Positions 1-12,909 of a stretch of DNA of 64,000 nucleotides are shown piece after piece (the stretch's first letter is position 1; every line of letters begins with the position of its first letter). A program made the position numbers and the translations under genes. This DNA is from Pseudogymnoascus verrucosus (Eukaryota). A model generated the notes under the pieces. The model was given only the letters and a program-made list of their open reading frames with translations, had not been told where the DNA came from and did not search any database. The stretch lies in NCBI GenBank assembly GCA_001662655.1, contig KV460206.1; one strand, 5' to 3'.

Positions 1-33
1 CGATCGCATGCTCATATCTAATACTTTCTTTAG

Positions 34-612
34 ACAGATACCCTCTTCTTCATAGACCCGGCGCAGTTCAAAGTGGTGGCTGAGCATGCACAAGACGTGC
101 AAACAAACGAGATCGCCTTCTGCTGGAGTGGAAAGCGGATATTTGTTTCGACAGGAGAGGGCCGTGTTAAAATACTGAGCTATCCTGACCTCCAACCCGT
201 CTTTCAGTGCGGATGGGAAGATAAGCCTCTCACATTAAACGGCCACACATCGTCATGTCTGTCGTTGGCATTACAACCAACAGCTCGCTTTCTGGCGAGT
301 GGCGGGTCAGATTCAATCATATCCCTCTGGGACACAAAAGACTGGCTTTGCCAGAGGACACTGATTGAAATGACTGGGCCAGTCCGGAACATCAGCTTTT
401 CATGGGATGGGATGTATGTGGTTGGGGGCAGCGACGAAGGAAACGGCTTGGAAATAGCTCACGTGGATACTGGGGTATATGTTCACAGTGTGAAATCGCA
501 GACGCCGAGCCCAGTGGTGGCGTGGCATCCGACGAAATATCAACTGGCATATGCGGATTTTGGAGGATTGAAGATCATTGGCATCGATTCGGATAGGAAG
601 CATAACAACTAA
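34..612 (+). CDS. TEX1: THO complex subunit 3 (Tex1/THOC3) WD40 protein, last exon; gene starts upstream of the window
   Basis: WD40 repeats (LNGHTSSCLSL...LASGGSDSIISLWD; ISFSWDG..VVGGSDE; VAWHP) typical of THOC3; branch site CTAAT and AG acceptor at about 18-37; stop TAA at 610-612. Confidence 0.75.
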   Translation, partial: TDTLFFIDPAQFKVVAEHAQDVQTNEIAFCWSGKRIFVSTGEGRVKILSYPDLQPVFQCGWEDKPLTLNGHTSSCLSLALQPTARFLASGGSDSIISLWDTKDWLCQRTLIEMTGPVRNISFSWDGMYVVGGSDEGNGLEIAHVDTGVYVHSVKSQTPSPVVAWHPTKYQLAYADFGGLKIIGIDSDRKHNN

Positions 613-1346
613 AGCCAGCGATTTCGGGCATATGTTGATAGTGAGGCACGTTCATTTAAGGAGTAGGGGTTATGTATAAATATCCGTTGTTAACTACTAC
701 AACCATGAGTTTCTACTTCATTACTGCATGGCCATATGGTTATTAGAAACCAGTTGCTACAGTAAATAGCGATCCACACCATAGAGTAATGCCACATCGA
801 CACTCTACACCACTATCTAGCCCCATAACACAGTAGATCAGTCATTGCTCGCTAACCCCGCGAAACTGTAACTAGGAGAGAGAGTTCCTGAGGTCGATTG
901 CCGCATTCAGTCCCAGGCGCTCGTCACATAACGTCGGAGGCCATCATAGAACATCGGAGGTCCTCATAAAGCATGAAGGCCGAAGGCCGAAATTATGTTA
1001 TGTCCGGTTGAAGTGGGTGAGACGGCCGCATCGCGGCCGCCTCGGAGTTTGTGACGTCCACCGTTGTGGTCGACGTCACTTCGGAGTTTAGGGAGTTTAT
1101 ATAACCTTCATCAATTTCATGGCTTTTGGGCCTGCAGGTGAAACCACATTCCACTACTATTAATGAGGTTCTCTGAGAACGGTAAAATATGTATATAAAG
1201 GCCTAATCTCCACTCAAAGTATTATAAGTTTTTATCATCGTGAGTATTTATACCTTCCAAACTACTACAGCTACGAACATCCCACTCTTCAAATCGCCCT
1301 ATCAACGTATCCCTTCCTCACCCGTAAGCGCCAAAACATAAGCAAA

Positions 1347-2443
1347 ATGGTGAAGATTCAGGGAAAAGAGGTCGGAGAGACTGGATATGGGCTTATGGGT
1401 TAGTTCCTCGGTGGCAGCTCCATGCTCGTCCAATTCTAAACCACATTATAGGATTCACAATGCCTCAAAAGCTTATAGAGCATGAGCAAGCTTTCCAGGC
1501 CATGAAGGCTGCCCTCGAAGCAGGAGCGACTTTTTGGAATGGCGGCGACTTCTACGGCACGCCCGATTACAACTCCTTGCATCTCGTTGCCGCCTATTTC
1601 ACAAAGTATCCTGAAGATGCCGACAAGGTCGTACTCTCTATAAAATCGGGGTTCAAGACCGGTTTTGAGATCGATGGTAGCCCAGAATACGTCCGCAATC
1701 GAGTTAATAACGCCAACAAGATCCTGGCAGGCACGAAGAAGATTGACATCTTCGAGTATGCTAGAGTACCAACTAATGTTGATTTCTTCAGTGTGACGCT
1801 CAAAGAGCTACAGAAGTGTGTGGAGGAGGGACTCATTGGAGGCATTGGCATCAGTGAAGTCACAGCGGCTACTATCAAAAAAAGTGCAGCAGTCACAAAG
1901 ATTGACGCCGTGGAAGTGGAGTTGAGCTTATGGTCGACGGATATCTTGACAAATGGTGTCGTGGAAGCCTGCAGCGAGGCCAATATCCCTGTTATTGCGT
2001 GAGTCTCCTCGGTATCTCCGAACTCGAAGATATAGTACTGATATAAGTATAGATATTCGCCGCTTGGACGTGGGATGCTCACGGGCCAGATCAAGTCTGC
2101 AGATGATATTCCAGAGGGCGATTTCCGTAGGAGGTTCCCGCGTTTCCAACCGGAGAACTTTCACCACAACATCGAGCTAGTTCAGCGACTCGAGGAGGTG
2201 TCCAAGAGAAGTGGATGCACACCTGGACAACTTGCGATTGCATGGGTTAGGCAGGCAGGAAAGACAGTCAAGGGAAGCCCTCAGATCCTGCCCATTCCGG
2301 GAGCTACCAAGAAGGAGAGAGTGGACGAAAATTGTAAGACCGTCACGCTGGACAAGACTGCACTGGCGGACATTGAGAAGATATTGGCTGAGGTCACAAT
2401 TGTTGGCGCAAGGTATCCGGCGCAGGTACCGATTGAAGGATAG
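1347..2443 (+). CDS. Aldo-keto reductase, pyridoxal reductase (AKR8/Plr1-like); 3 exons
   Basis: ATG at 1347 gives MVKIQGKEVGETGYGLMG; introns 1399-1451 and 1999-2052; motifs FWNGGDFYG, GGIGISEV, AVEVELSLW, AYSPLGRGMLTG, ILPIPG. Confidence 0.85.
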
Positions 2444-3135
2444 GAAGCATCAGGACTGGCACTGGTTCCATTATGATCGTGGTAATATATTTCCATATGG
2501 TAGTATTTAGAGCATTGTAATTTAATATCGTGTTCACCGACATCAGCGCTAAGTAATAGAAGATCTTGGACAAAATCCGAAAAATATGAACACATAAGCA
2601 ACTACATCGCAAGTTAGCATGCATGCCACGAGGTACTTCATGGCTAATGATAGAGTGCGAATTTGCATCAGAAATAGTGTAAAATGTGATAATCTGTCGC
2701 CTTGGGATCCCCGAAAGAATCGTACGAATTGCAGAACTCTTGGAAGAATATTCATCATGTGCAGGGAAAGAGAACGGAGAAGTAGTATCATACCTTTTGA
2801 TATTAAAAGCCCCCAGGTCCCCATGTACGGCATTAATATCCGCTACTTACCATCTCCATAACATTCCAGCAACAAAGTGGAATCAGAGATTCGAAATGAT
2901 GTTCATTTTTGAGGCTCGAGGAAAATCGACTTTTTGAAGGGGAGCATGGGCCGACCCACCGACGCTAATCCCCAACCGGTACCCCTGTATCGCGATGCAT
3001 CCTCGCGATTTCTACTATCAGATGAGAGACTGAGCAACAAACGCAACGCCGACTTTACCAGCGACAACCCAACACTGCAAACCACCACTCAATCGCCTCA
3101 AACAACTCACCTAGCAGCAGCATCAAACCTTCAAA

Positions 3136-4304
3136 ATGGGTTCACGGAGCCCCTCTCCGGCGAGCTCGCCACTCTCGAACGTAGACTCCGACGAAGCTGA
3201 ATACTACCAACGACACATTGCAGCTTCACATCCCTCCAAACGACAGCGCCTTGACGGGGGCTCTTTAGGAGCCACATCAGCTTCACACGATCCTGAATTG
3301 GACACCCTATCTTCAATATCTTCCGACACCTCCGGCGACGTGCCACAGTCCCCAAGTTCACTGCCGAAGGTGGACGACGAGGATGCGCAGCAGGAACAGG
3401 TCACTGTGTGCGCGTGGGAAGGCTGCGATGGCGGGGATTTTGGTGATATGGATAAGCTTGTGACGCACATACATAATGTCCATACTGAGCATAAAGGGAA
3501 GAGGAACACGTGTGAGTGGGCGAACTGCCCAAGGAAGAGCCATGCGCATGCCAGTGCGTACGCGTTAAGGGCACACATGAGAAGTCACACGAGGGAGAAG
3601 CCCTTTTTCTGCGCGTTGCCTGGTAGGCTAACTCCAGCTCGATTTTTCTGGATCCTCAAACTGACAAGCAAATAGAATGCGACAGGTCATTCACTCGCTC
3701 TGACGCCCTTGCAAAACACATGCGCATAGTCCACGAAACCGAAGCGCTGCGCCCATCAGACCCAACCCCGAGATCCATACTCCCGAAGTCAATGCAGGCG
3801 CAGGGTTCAAAGAGCAGCAGCCGTCTCAAGATCATCATCAAGAACCAGGGCGCCCGAGGCAGCGACGGGGGTCAGTCCCCAGCCCCGAGACGGGGACACG
3901 ATGGTCTCACGCCTTTGACTGTGGATGACGGGTTTACACTGGATGAGCTGGCATTGGGAACGAAGGAGCTGTGGAGGTTACTGAGACGACAAGCACACTG
4001 GGCAGATGAGGAGGCGGAGTCTCTGAAGCAAGAGATCCAGACGATGAACGAGATACGAGACAAGGAGTGGCTGGAGAAGGAGATCCTGTTGGACCAGGTC
4101 ATCAATAATGAAATGGACTGGTTTGAGAGGCGGAAGCATGTACTTGCGACGCTTCCAACAGTTGAGGAACTGAGGTCACAGACAATGGCGAAGATGGAGA
4201 AGGCAGGCAGTGGTAGTAAGGGTGGGAAAGAAGAGAGAGAGGCAGACCAGAAGGTGGACCAGCGGGAGGCGGCGGCTGCCTTGGCCAGTCTGGCCCAACA
4301 GTAG
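3136..4304 (+). CDS. C2H2 zinc-finger protein, INO80 complex subunit Iec1-like; 2 exons
   Basis: Three C2H2 fingers (CAWEGC..HIHNVH; CEWANC..HMRSH; CALPECDRSFTRSDALAKHMRIVH after splicing intron 3623-3675); C-terminal coiled coil (WLEKEILLDQVI). Confidence 0.7.
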
Positions 4305-5342
4305 AAGCAGCCTGCCTTTCGCCAAAAGGATCGTTTGGCTTCCTTCTGGGTGTAGCTGGAGTGTTGGGTTTGCACAAAGGAAACCCCTTTAGTGTGGTAT
4401 GCACGGAGCGAATATCGGCGTTTTGAACGGATGTATGATTATGATTGGGATGGGAACTGGTTATGGCAGGTAGATTCGAAGGGACAATATCATATCAGAT
4501 GAGCTGGCCTTGCTTGGGTTACGCTCCAACTTCGAGTTGTCATTAGCAAAGAGCAACATGGAAATCATATATTTCCCATATTCTACCATTGCACTGAGCT
4601 GTTATCTCACTTCCCCAGTTCCAGTGAGGGAAAGCCGGCCGATTTTAGAGATGCGAGAAAGCAGCCATCGCATATTGATAGTTTGACTGCAATTCGGTGT
4701 ATTCTACGGGCCGGTAGTTGCTTTGGGTGGTTGGTGGATATATTACCCCCACGCCGTACCAGAAAAGATTGGGGGAAGCGGCGTTGGCTCTCCGCTGGAA
4801 GTAACGCTGCGGGGCACGGCGGGGGTCACAGTCGACTCACGGCTCCAAATGTGCCGATATCGCGATTTCATGGCGGGGGGGACAAACGATGCAAAGTAAC
4901 ATGGAAACTATTGAATATTGAGAATAATAAAGTAATGATTAGATACATTACAGCCTGAATTGGTGAAACAGAGCTGCTAAACGAGAGGCTTTGGGGATTG
5001 GGAAGGCTGTTGGGCGTTGTAATAATTATATCTCCATAGAGCGCGGGGTAACGGCACGCGAGTTGGGCACAACAAAGCACATTAGATATCCAACCAAGTA
5101 GTAAGAGTCCTGACGCTAAGAGTGCCAGTGGAGAAATTGATATTCTTACGTTCTTAGGGGTCGAATCTAGTAGCTATAAAGTATATTAGGTGGATTGGGC
5201 CTGTATTCTTCCAACTACTCCTCAGCCTCGTACTTCAGACCAGGGAGTGTACTTTATCCAGACAGCATTACTCAAATTAAACACCACTGCCTCCTTGCTA
5301 CTTCCAAATTATACATAATACTTCATTTTTAAAGACTCTACC

Positions 5343-6573
5343 ATGTCTAAGCCAAAGGTGCTCCTTCTGGGTCCGATTGAGCAGTATGTTTCCCATAGCG
5401 TTTCCCCTCACATCCATTGATAGCCACTGACCTCTCATTTCCCCAGTGCTCACATGGAGTGGTCCGACCTCGCCTCAATCGCCGATGTTATCGAGCCTAC
5501 CTCTACCAACAGGGCAGACTTCATCAAGGAAGCCCAGGGCGGTGCATTTGACGGCGTCGTCGCTGCATACAGAACCTTCCTATCGGTCTCCGTAACTGGA
5601 CTCATAGACGAGGAGCTCGTCAGCTCGCTGCCCAAGAGCTTGAAGTTCCTCTCCCACAATGGTACGCTATATTTCTTATGATCCTATATACTCAACACTT
5701 CATTGTCAACTGGACATGGCGGGGTATGGCAGCAACAAGCTACAGCGAGGGCAGACAGAGAGCAACTGGCTAACCAAGCACAGGAGCTGGATACGACCAG
5801 ATCGATGTAAACGCCTGCACCAAGCACGACATCCGCGTCTCCAACACCCCCTCAGCCGTCGACGATGCCACCGCCGACGCAAACATGTTCCTGATCCTCG
5901 GCGCCCTGCGCAACTTCAACTCCAGCATGGTCGCCCTGCGCGCCGGCGACTGGAAGGGTAACCCCAACCCACCCCTCGGTCACGACCCCCAGGGCAAGGT
6001 CCTCGGTATCCTTGGTATGGGCGGCATCGGACGTAACCTCAAGATCAAGGCTGAGGTGTTTGGAATGAGCGTGCAATACTACAACCGCACGCAGTTGAGC
6101 GAGGAGCTGTCGGGGGGGGCGAAGTATGTTAGCTTCGATGAGCTGTTAGCGACGAGTGATGTGCTGAGCTTAAACTTGCCTCTAAACGTGAGTAACTCGT
6201 GCTTGTTTTAAGGGGCTGGGACTGACAGAGACAGAAAAACACACGCCACATCATCTCGACGCCGGAATTCGAGAAGATGAAGGATGGAGTCGTTATCGTT
6301 AACACGGCACGCGGTGCGGTTATTGATGAGGCAGCGCTGGTTGAGGCATTGAACTCTGGTAAGGTGGGGTCGGCAGGCTTGGATGTGTACGAGGAGGAGC
6401 CAAAGATCCACCCGGGGCTTGTGGCTTGCGAGCGTGCGATGCTGCTGCCGCATATGGGGACATGGACAGTGGAGACACAGACGAAGATGGAGGTGTGGGC
6501 GATTGAGAACGTGAAGATGGCTGTTCAGTCAGGAACACTGAAGAGCCCGGTGTGGGAGCAGAAGGGTATGTGA
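5343..6573 (+). CDS. D-isomer-specific 2-hydroxyacid dehydrogenase / glyoxylate reductase; 4 exons
   Basis: ATG at 5343 (MSKPKVLLLG); introns 5384-5446, 5662-5783, 6188-6234; motifs GAGYDQID, GILGMGGIG, VNTARG, GLDVYEEEP, LLPHMG. Confidence 0.9.
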
Positions 6574-7026
6574 AGTTGCCGACAGGGCATATAGAGGCAC
6601 AGGCGTTTGATCGAAGAGGAGATTGGACCTGACCACAAATAGAATACAAAGGGAGACGGGCCTACAAGTTATGAAGGGCCGTAAAGAATAAGGGTCATAT
6701 ATTCAGATATAGAGGGACAATATAACTTCATGTTAGCTGTCATTGTTGTCTGCCTTGGACAATGCATGTTGGTGTACCGCGGCACATTTTACATATAGCA
6801 CAGACGAATATCATAGTCTAGGAAATTCCAATCAATAAATTGTTTCACTTCAGGCTCTTCGTAGAAGCCTAGCAAGTTAATTACTCCGCTATGAGTGGTA
6901 TCCCAACGAGCGATTCCCTGCCTGCAAAGTTCACCGCCATTGCCATGCCCTTATAACTCCGTACACCCGTTAGATATCGTCACTAGAAGATCTGCCACTC
7001 GCGGTCCTAGATCAATGAGAGTTCCA

Positions 7027-7491
7027 TCATCTCTCCCCCAGTGGGTCAGGAAACTCCTCTGCTGATAGTTAGATTGCCCCCAACGGTCCCAAGAGTTTCG
7101 AGGGAGAACGTACTCATACTCCATTCCTGGTGTACCAACACCGACTCGCACCTAGCCACGTCCTCTCGATACTTTGCGCTCTTCCAGCAGCTTCCCGGCG
7201 CCCCAAAGGGGTCCTTCCCTTTTCCATCCTTGTCGCCATTCTTCCCACCGCTTGGTCCTGCCGCAGCGTTCGAGGTATTCGCCGACTCTATGAATGATCG
7301 ATTAGTCTGTCGGTCTGGTGTATCGGCTGGTGAGTCCAGCATCGCCGTATCATTATGGCGTCCGTCCGTTTGCAGGGGAGACGAAGTCGGGGGCGGGGAG
7401 TTGTGGTCTAGTGGGGTTAATCTGTGAACCAAACAGGAGGAAAATGATATACAGATTGTAGAAATCTGAGCGTAATAAACTCACCTGCCAT
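7027..7491 (-). CDS. Small hypothetical protein (about 110 aa); 3 exons
   Basis: ATGGCAG|GTGAGT at 7491-7485; introns 7484-7408 and 7113-7060 with branch sites; spliced product MADHNSPPP...GAPGSCWKSAKYREDVARCESVLVHQEWSMKEFPDPLGER*. Confidence 0.6.
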
Positions 7492-7804
7492 TGTGTCACC
7501 CTTGAACGACGTGGCTACGTGTCTGGCTTGAATTCAATGGACCAAAGCCTGTTGTTATGTAAAGTACCTGAGCTTGTGCGAGCAACAACCTGGAGGGCTT
7601 CCAGAGCGCTGCACGGGGCTGGGCGGCCGCATCAGTGCCGGGGCCCGCTAACCCCCACATTTTGGCACGAACCCAACCCAACCGAGACATAAAGTTGCGA
7701 GTTTCATGGCTTAGTTTCTCCAACATTACAACTTACCACTTTCGTTGCTCTTTTTACTATATACAAGCACGTATATTTATATATAAATAGGCCAAGCTCT
7801 TGGA

Positions 7805-8650
7805 ATGGCTAAAAATGGCTCATCAGTACCCGACGCCTGGGACGACGACTGGGAGTCTCAAGCGGATAAAGAAGAGGGAGGGGTTAAGCTGGAACAACCT
7901 GAGGAGGTGAAGCTGAGCAAGGCCGAGAGATTGGCTAAGCACGCCGAGGAGAACAAGAAGATGTGGCAGTCTGCGTAAGTTTTTCTCGAATTGCATTGCT
8001 TCCTGCTCTCGTCCGACCCTAACACCACGTGCAGAGAAACCCCAGAAACTTTCCACTTTCTCGCAGCCAAAGATACCGTCCCACTCAAGTCAGAATTCAA
8101 ACCTACCCTCAAAGTCCTCAGTCGGAAACCCGCCTCGCAAGGTGCCGGAGACGGCGACGAAGACGAGCAACCAGGCAAGAAACAACTCTCCGTCGAAGAA
8201 ATGCGCGCCAAGACGCAGAGGGAGCGCGAGGAGAAACAGAAGAAATACGAGGAGGTGCGCGCAAGGCTATTTGGAACAGATACAAAGTCCGGCAGTTCAA
8301 GCCCCGGGAACGTCACTCCCCCGAGCCAAGGAGACGATGGGAGGGGAGGTGGCAGAGGGAAAGGAAGAAATCGAGGCAATGGTGGAGGGGGAGGCGGAAG
8401 GGCTCAGCAGGATATTCGCCGTCCTGACAGCAGCCATAATGGCCCTAGAGAGCTCTTTGACCCGAACTACACGGCCAAACCTGGTGGAGTCTCTCTCGCA
8501 CGCCGCGGCAACGAAGCCACCTCCGGACGCTCTACACCCAACTCTACCCGGGGCGATCGCGAGGACGCACAGATCTTACGCACACCAAGAGGTCCGGATG
8601 CAGGGCGAGGGGGTTTTGGTTTTGCTAACAGGGGAGGCAAATCTGGTTGA
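7805..8650 (+). CDS. SUZ-domain, RGG-rich putative RNA-binding protein; 2 exons
   Basis: MAKNGSSVPDAWDDDWE start; intron 7975-8034; SUZ motifs LKVLSRK and REEKQKKYEEVRARLFG; SUZ-C-like ILRTPRGPD..GFGF. Confidence 0.75.
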
Positions 8651-8705
8651 TTGATTCGTCTCTGCGCTAGGTCTAAATCTATCTACCAGAGGGCTCCGGC
8701 GCCGG

Positions 8706-10445
8706 CTACCAGCCTCCACCGATCTTGCCTGCGAGCTGGACAACACGCTCCGTGTCGGTTGTCTTGTCCTTGCCGACGTCGCTGATGACGGCGCGGTAGG
8801 ATGTATATGCCAGCTTATCAAGCGGTATATCTGTTACGTCCGCCCAGTGGGACAGGGTATTTTTGATGTGGGAGGGAGATATACCATAAATGGTATCGGA
8901 CGGGCTATCCACCTCCATCTCTCCATTGCCGCCCGATTTCACAACCCCGTTCTCTGAACCAGAGAAATACGCCTCATCTACCGCGGCAAGCCATTCCTTC
9001 TGCTCCTGAGGCCCTGGCTTGGTCTCCCTACCCAGCCGCTCCGCTACAATTGGGTCGTCGACTTTAATCTGGCCTCCGCCGTTTGTGCAACCGCCGGGAC
9101 AGGCCATCACCTCGACGTAGCTGAGCTCCACAGAGCTACCAGCTTTCCCCACGGGTTTCCTGGCTCCGCCAACTGGGCGTCCGCCTGGCATCCGAGATGG
9201 CCGCACTGGCTTCAACTTCCGTACTAAATTCTGGATATTACGGAAACCATAATATCTTGCGGTCTTGAATAATGTCTCGCCGCTGGAAGAGATGATGTTA
9301 TAATCTATCACGTCGGCGTTCCGGCCTCTGACGGTTTGAATAGTGCTTCCTGGATGTTGAGATGCGAAGTATTGGAGGATATAATGGAGGTTGCCGCCCG
9401 ATGTACCCGCCGCGCGATCTCCGTTGTTTTTGATAGATGAGCGTGGTGGGAAGAGGAAGTTGTGTAGTGCTTGATCTGGGAATGATTGCGAAGATGGAAG
9501 TTGCGAGCGAGGCAATGCCGCGAAATCAATGCCTCGTGATTCGGCGAGCATTATTAGTTCCTTACTTGTGATAACGCAATCAACATCCCTGACCCCTTTT
9601 GTCCCAGGCGATGTCTCCCCGTCCCAGTGAACGTCTGTGAGTTCCTCACGACTCGCTTCTAGCTTCTTGTCGAAGCATGGCATGACTGCTACATGCCATA
9701 TCCGATCTGGCGAGATCTTCAGCTTCTTGCTAAGCGTCGTCTTGAGGAGCGTCCCCATGAGTGCCTGTGGCGACTTTAACCGTGATAAGTGCGGTAGAAC
9801 ATGAGGATGCGTCTTTTCCGCGTAACAGATCCAGCCTGGACACGAGCTCGTGAGGATAGGTTTGGTAGGTCCTTCTTTGCCACCTTGCATAGACGCCGCC
9901 ACCTCCTCAGCTCCTAGAACCAAGCATGCTTCTCTCGCAACATTCGTATCCACCACCCACTGGAACCCGTTTTTTTGCTCGCCTCCTATGCGCAGTCCCT
10001 GAGGCCCGCTCAGGAGCTGCTCAATCATGTACCCTGCCTCGCGCTCTGATATGCCATAAGCAGCGGCTATACTGGCTCGGCTCTGCGGGGACACGCTTGC
10101 GATGTATATCCTCCCGTCCTGACTCCCTACCCCGCTTTGTATCCCACCATCCTGCCCGAGCTGCAGTGCTGGCGCCGTGTCCAGTGCATTCAACACTTCC
10201 GCATGGCTCTGCAAACTCACAAGCACGGCCTCAGCAGACGTCACACAGCCGGAGCACGCGAGGCAATCTGTGAGGCTGATCTCTGCCGGTGGCAAGTCGG
10301 AGGGGAGGGGCGCCTCATTCGAGAATTTGAGTTCGTAGGGATTTTCGTCTGCTGGCGCGGGTGGCAGTGTTTCAATCGGCTTTATGCAGGCGACACCTGG
10401 GGAGATGAAGTCGTTGAGGTCGTCCGCGGAGAGGATGGCGGACAT
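8706..10445 (-). CDS. NAR1: Cytosolic Fe-S cluster assembly factor Nar1 (FeFe-hydrogenase-like)
   Basis: [79 protein letters not shown]-terminal GGGW; intronless 579 aa. Confidence 0.95.
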   Translation of the reverse strand: MSAILSADDLNDFISPGVACIKPIETLPPAPADENPYELKFSNEAPLPSDLPPAEISLTDCLACSGCVTSAEAVLVSLQSHAEVLNALDTAPALQLGQDGGIQSGVGSQDGRIYIASVSPQSRASIAAAYGISEREAGYMIEQLLSGPQGLRIGGEQKNGFQWVVDTNVAREACLVLGAEEVAASMQGGKEGPTKPILTSSCPGWICYAEKTHPHVLPHLSRLKSPQALMGTLLKTTLSKKLKISPDRIWHVAVMPCFDKKLEASREELTDVHWDGETSPGTKGVRDVDCVITSKELIMLAESRGIDFAALPRSQLPSSQSFPDQALHNFLFPPRSSIKNNGDRAAGTSGGNLHYILQYFASQHPGSTIQTVRGRNADVIDYNIISSSGETLFKTARYYGFRNIQNLVRKLKPVRPSRMPGGRPVGGARKPVGKAGSSVELSYVEVMACPGGCTNGGGQIKVDDPIVAERLGRETKPGPQEQKEWLAAVDEAYFSGSENGVVKSGGNGEMEVDSPSDTIYGISPSHIKNTLSHWADVTDIPLDKLAYTSYRAVISDVGKDKTTDTERVVQLAGKIGGGW

Positions 10446-10980
10446 CGTCCGGATGGAGGGGCACTTCGCGTGCAGTTGCTAAATCTTTGTATGGTTGTTC
10501 TCAAGTAGTCGAACTTCTAAAGCTGGAAAAGACTAGCTATAAATGGGAAAAGAGAATAATAAAATCATTAGGGTGGTTCAAAATCAAAAATAGTACTGAT
10601 TTGTAGTCATAAATATACGATTAATAATACCGAATTATTGTAAATTGGGATAAGATAATTCGATAAGGTCCCGAGTCCGGAGAAGCGCGATTTGGGTGGC
10701 GATGGTGGGGTTCTGGCCAGGACAGGGATGGTGGGTTCTCGCTTTTGCTTTGGGTCCGAGATGACGCACGTACGCGGATAGCTACTATCGGCCTCAATGT
10801 TCAGCAGGGTAGCTGTTTTGAACTTTTGGATATATGGAAGCTTGCTGTGAATCTCATGGTTTATGACTTATAACTTGAATTGATACGTCGATATCCGTCA
10901 ATATCTATTATTATTTTAAGCGTTGATCTTGTTACAATACCACTCGATTGCATTCGCGCAAACCTCCCACGTTTTGAATC

Positions 10981-11647
10981 ATGAATGCAAGTTTCCCACA
11001 GCTTTGTTTTTGACGCGCTTTCTAACTTCTTCAGTCATTTAACTTGTTCTGCTATGCCACAGCAGGCTGGCTAGCTCTGCAGGCGACGCCATTGATTATA
11101 TCTCCTCGCATCATAGTTGCGCTTCTCTCCAACGACATCCACCAGCCAAACTCTCTCGAGACCTACTTTGCCCGGTTCCTTGGTCTCACCCTCATACCCT
11201 TCGCCATCCTGTTTCTGTTCCTAAGCGGCGCTTTCCCCCTTGATGGTTCTAGCTCACTTTGTATGTTTCCCTATGATAGCATCTTTTTCTGTCTTGGATT
11301 TCTCTAACAATGCCACAGCTGAACCCGAAGACGCCCAAACGACGCCATACACTACTCCCACTCTCCTCCTGGCAGGTCTATACCATACTTCGATAAGCTT
11401 CTACACATATTCACGCTACGTTCAACGATCTACGTCGCAGTTCTCGTATCTGCTAGCTGCCACGGTATCCGGACTCTTGGCTGCTCTCGGGCTGTGGTCC
11501 ACAATGTTTGGAAATGGTAGCCATATTAGCAAGAGAACTGGGGCAGACAAGAGGACAAGCGGATGGCCATTCAAGAACACTGTGGAGACAAAGAGGAGGA
11601 AGGGAAAGGGGAGGCAGGAGGAGGGGATCGAGCTCAAGGAGTTGTAA
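10981..11647 (+). CDS. Conserved fungal hypothetical multi-pass membrane protein; 3 exons, first intron GC-AG
   Basis: ATGAAT|GCAAGT...CTAAC...TTCAG (intron 10987-11034); intron 11261-11318; about 4 hydrophobic helices; C-terminal HISKRTGADKRTSGWPFKN. Confidence 0.7.
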
Positions 11648-12138
11648 TAGATCATATATGAGAGCTGGATGTTTAGTATGAGAACATACAATCAATAGTG
11701 AGCAATGAAACCACAGTAGTTAGTTGGCACCGAGATTTTTTGAGCGATAACTAGCAATTTATTTGAAGAATCCTGTACAGGATAAGCCATCGAAAGCCTC
11801 GTGGCTATCTCGTGGGGTTTGGTTAGGCCTAGCTGGGCGAAGATGGTGTAGCACCGTCAGTGAGACATGTCTTAGAGTGGCTGGCGGTTGCTTCCGCTAA
11901 TAGAGACACACTACTTGTGTAGGGCCACACGATCAAATCCATCGTAGCTGCTTCAAATACGAGCAGCGAAAGTCATATGTGGCATTCATATTCGTGTAAT
12001 ATTACATACTTTTTGGATCACTCTCCTATGATTTCATTTCCATGAGTCCGTACTCCACTATGCAGCGCAGCTTAACGCCCTTGAAAACCGAGCCAAAACA
12101 TCAGAATCCCGCCATCGGGTGAATATAGACAAAACCCT

Positions 12139-12909
12139 TCAGACCACACGTTTAACCTGTTCAATTGAGTTAGCCACTTGTCCAAGAACAATGCGATATG
12201 TTCACCTACCTCGAAGAATCTCTTCAACCACCAGACCTGGAAGACACCGTTTGCAACCAGAACAATCATTTGGAAGGTGCTCCACCACTTAACGCGGCCG
12301 TTGGTGCTCTCAGCAGTGTTGCGATGGATGCGCTCGCGGAGGACAATGTAGGACTGTTCGTCTTTAACTTGCGCGAGAAGATCGGATAGCGCGCGAACTT
12401 TGAGAACTAGTTAGCAACAATTTTTGTAGACATCAGGCGATATTGTTACCTTCAATCTCTAGAGGGTCACTGGTCCCTTCCGCCTCGGGCACGTAGACAA
12501 TTCCGTGGACGTTGAATGAGACCTCCTTGCTGTTCGCCGACCAGTTGTCATTGCTGAAGCAGTATACGAATTTTCCATCGTGCTTTGCAACAAATGAGTG
12601 GTCGCCTGTTGACACACTGCGTTCATTTGCCTCGAGTCCGCCGGCAGGGTTGGTGATCTGGTATACTTGTCAACAAGGGCCCTTCCAATGGACAACACGT
12701 CATGAGCTTCTCACCCAGAAATCAATGTCCAAATTCCCAGCCTGCTTAAATTCCCTGTCGCCGACCTGGAAGGTAACAGTCATTTTGTCATCTCTGCGGA
12801 GCTGTTCGTGGAAGCATTCGCGTCCATGCCCCGCGAGCTGGATGTTGTGAGCTGTCGCGGCGGTAAAAAGGGTACCTATTGCCAGCAGGCAGGCTGAGGT
12901 GAAGCGCAT
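12139..12909 (-). CDS. EMP24: p24/GOLD family cargo receptor Emp24; 4 exons
   Basis: Signal peptide MRFTSACLL; GOLD domain (ECFHEQL..MTVTFQVGDREF, YCFSN); RERIHRNTAESTNGRVKWWS; transmembrane helix; tail RFFEVKRVV* after last intron. Confidence 0.9.

Noticed and set aside
11860..11975. Hammerhead or HDV-like ribozyme
   Set aside because: No CUGANGA core, and the spacing is too short for the HDV P3/P1/P1.1 elements
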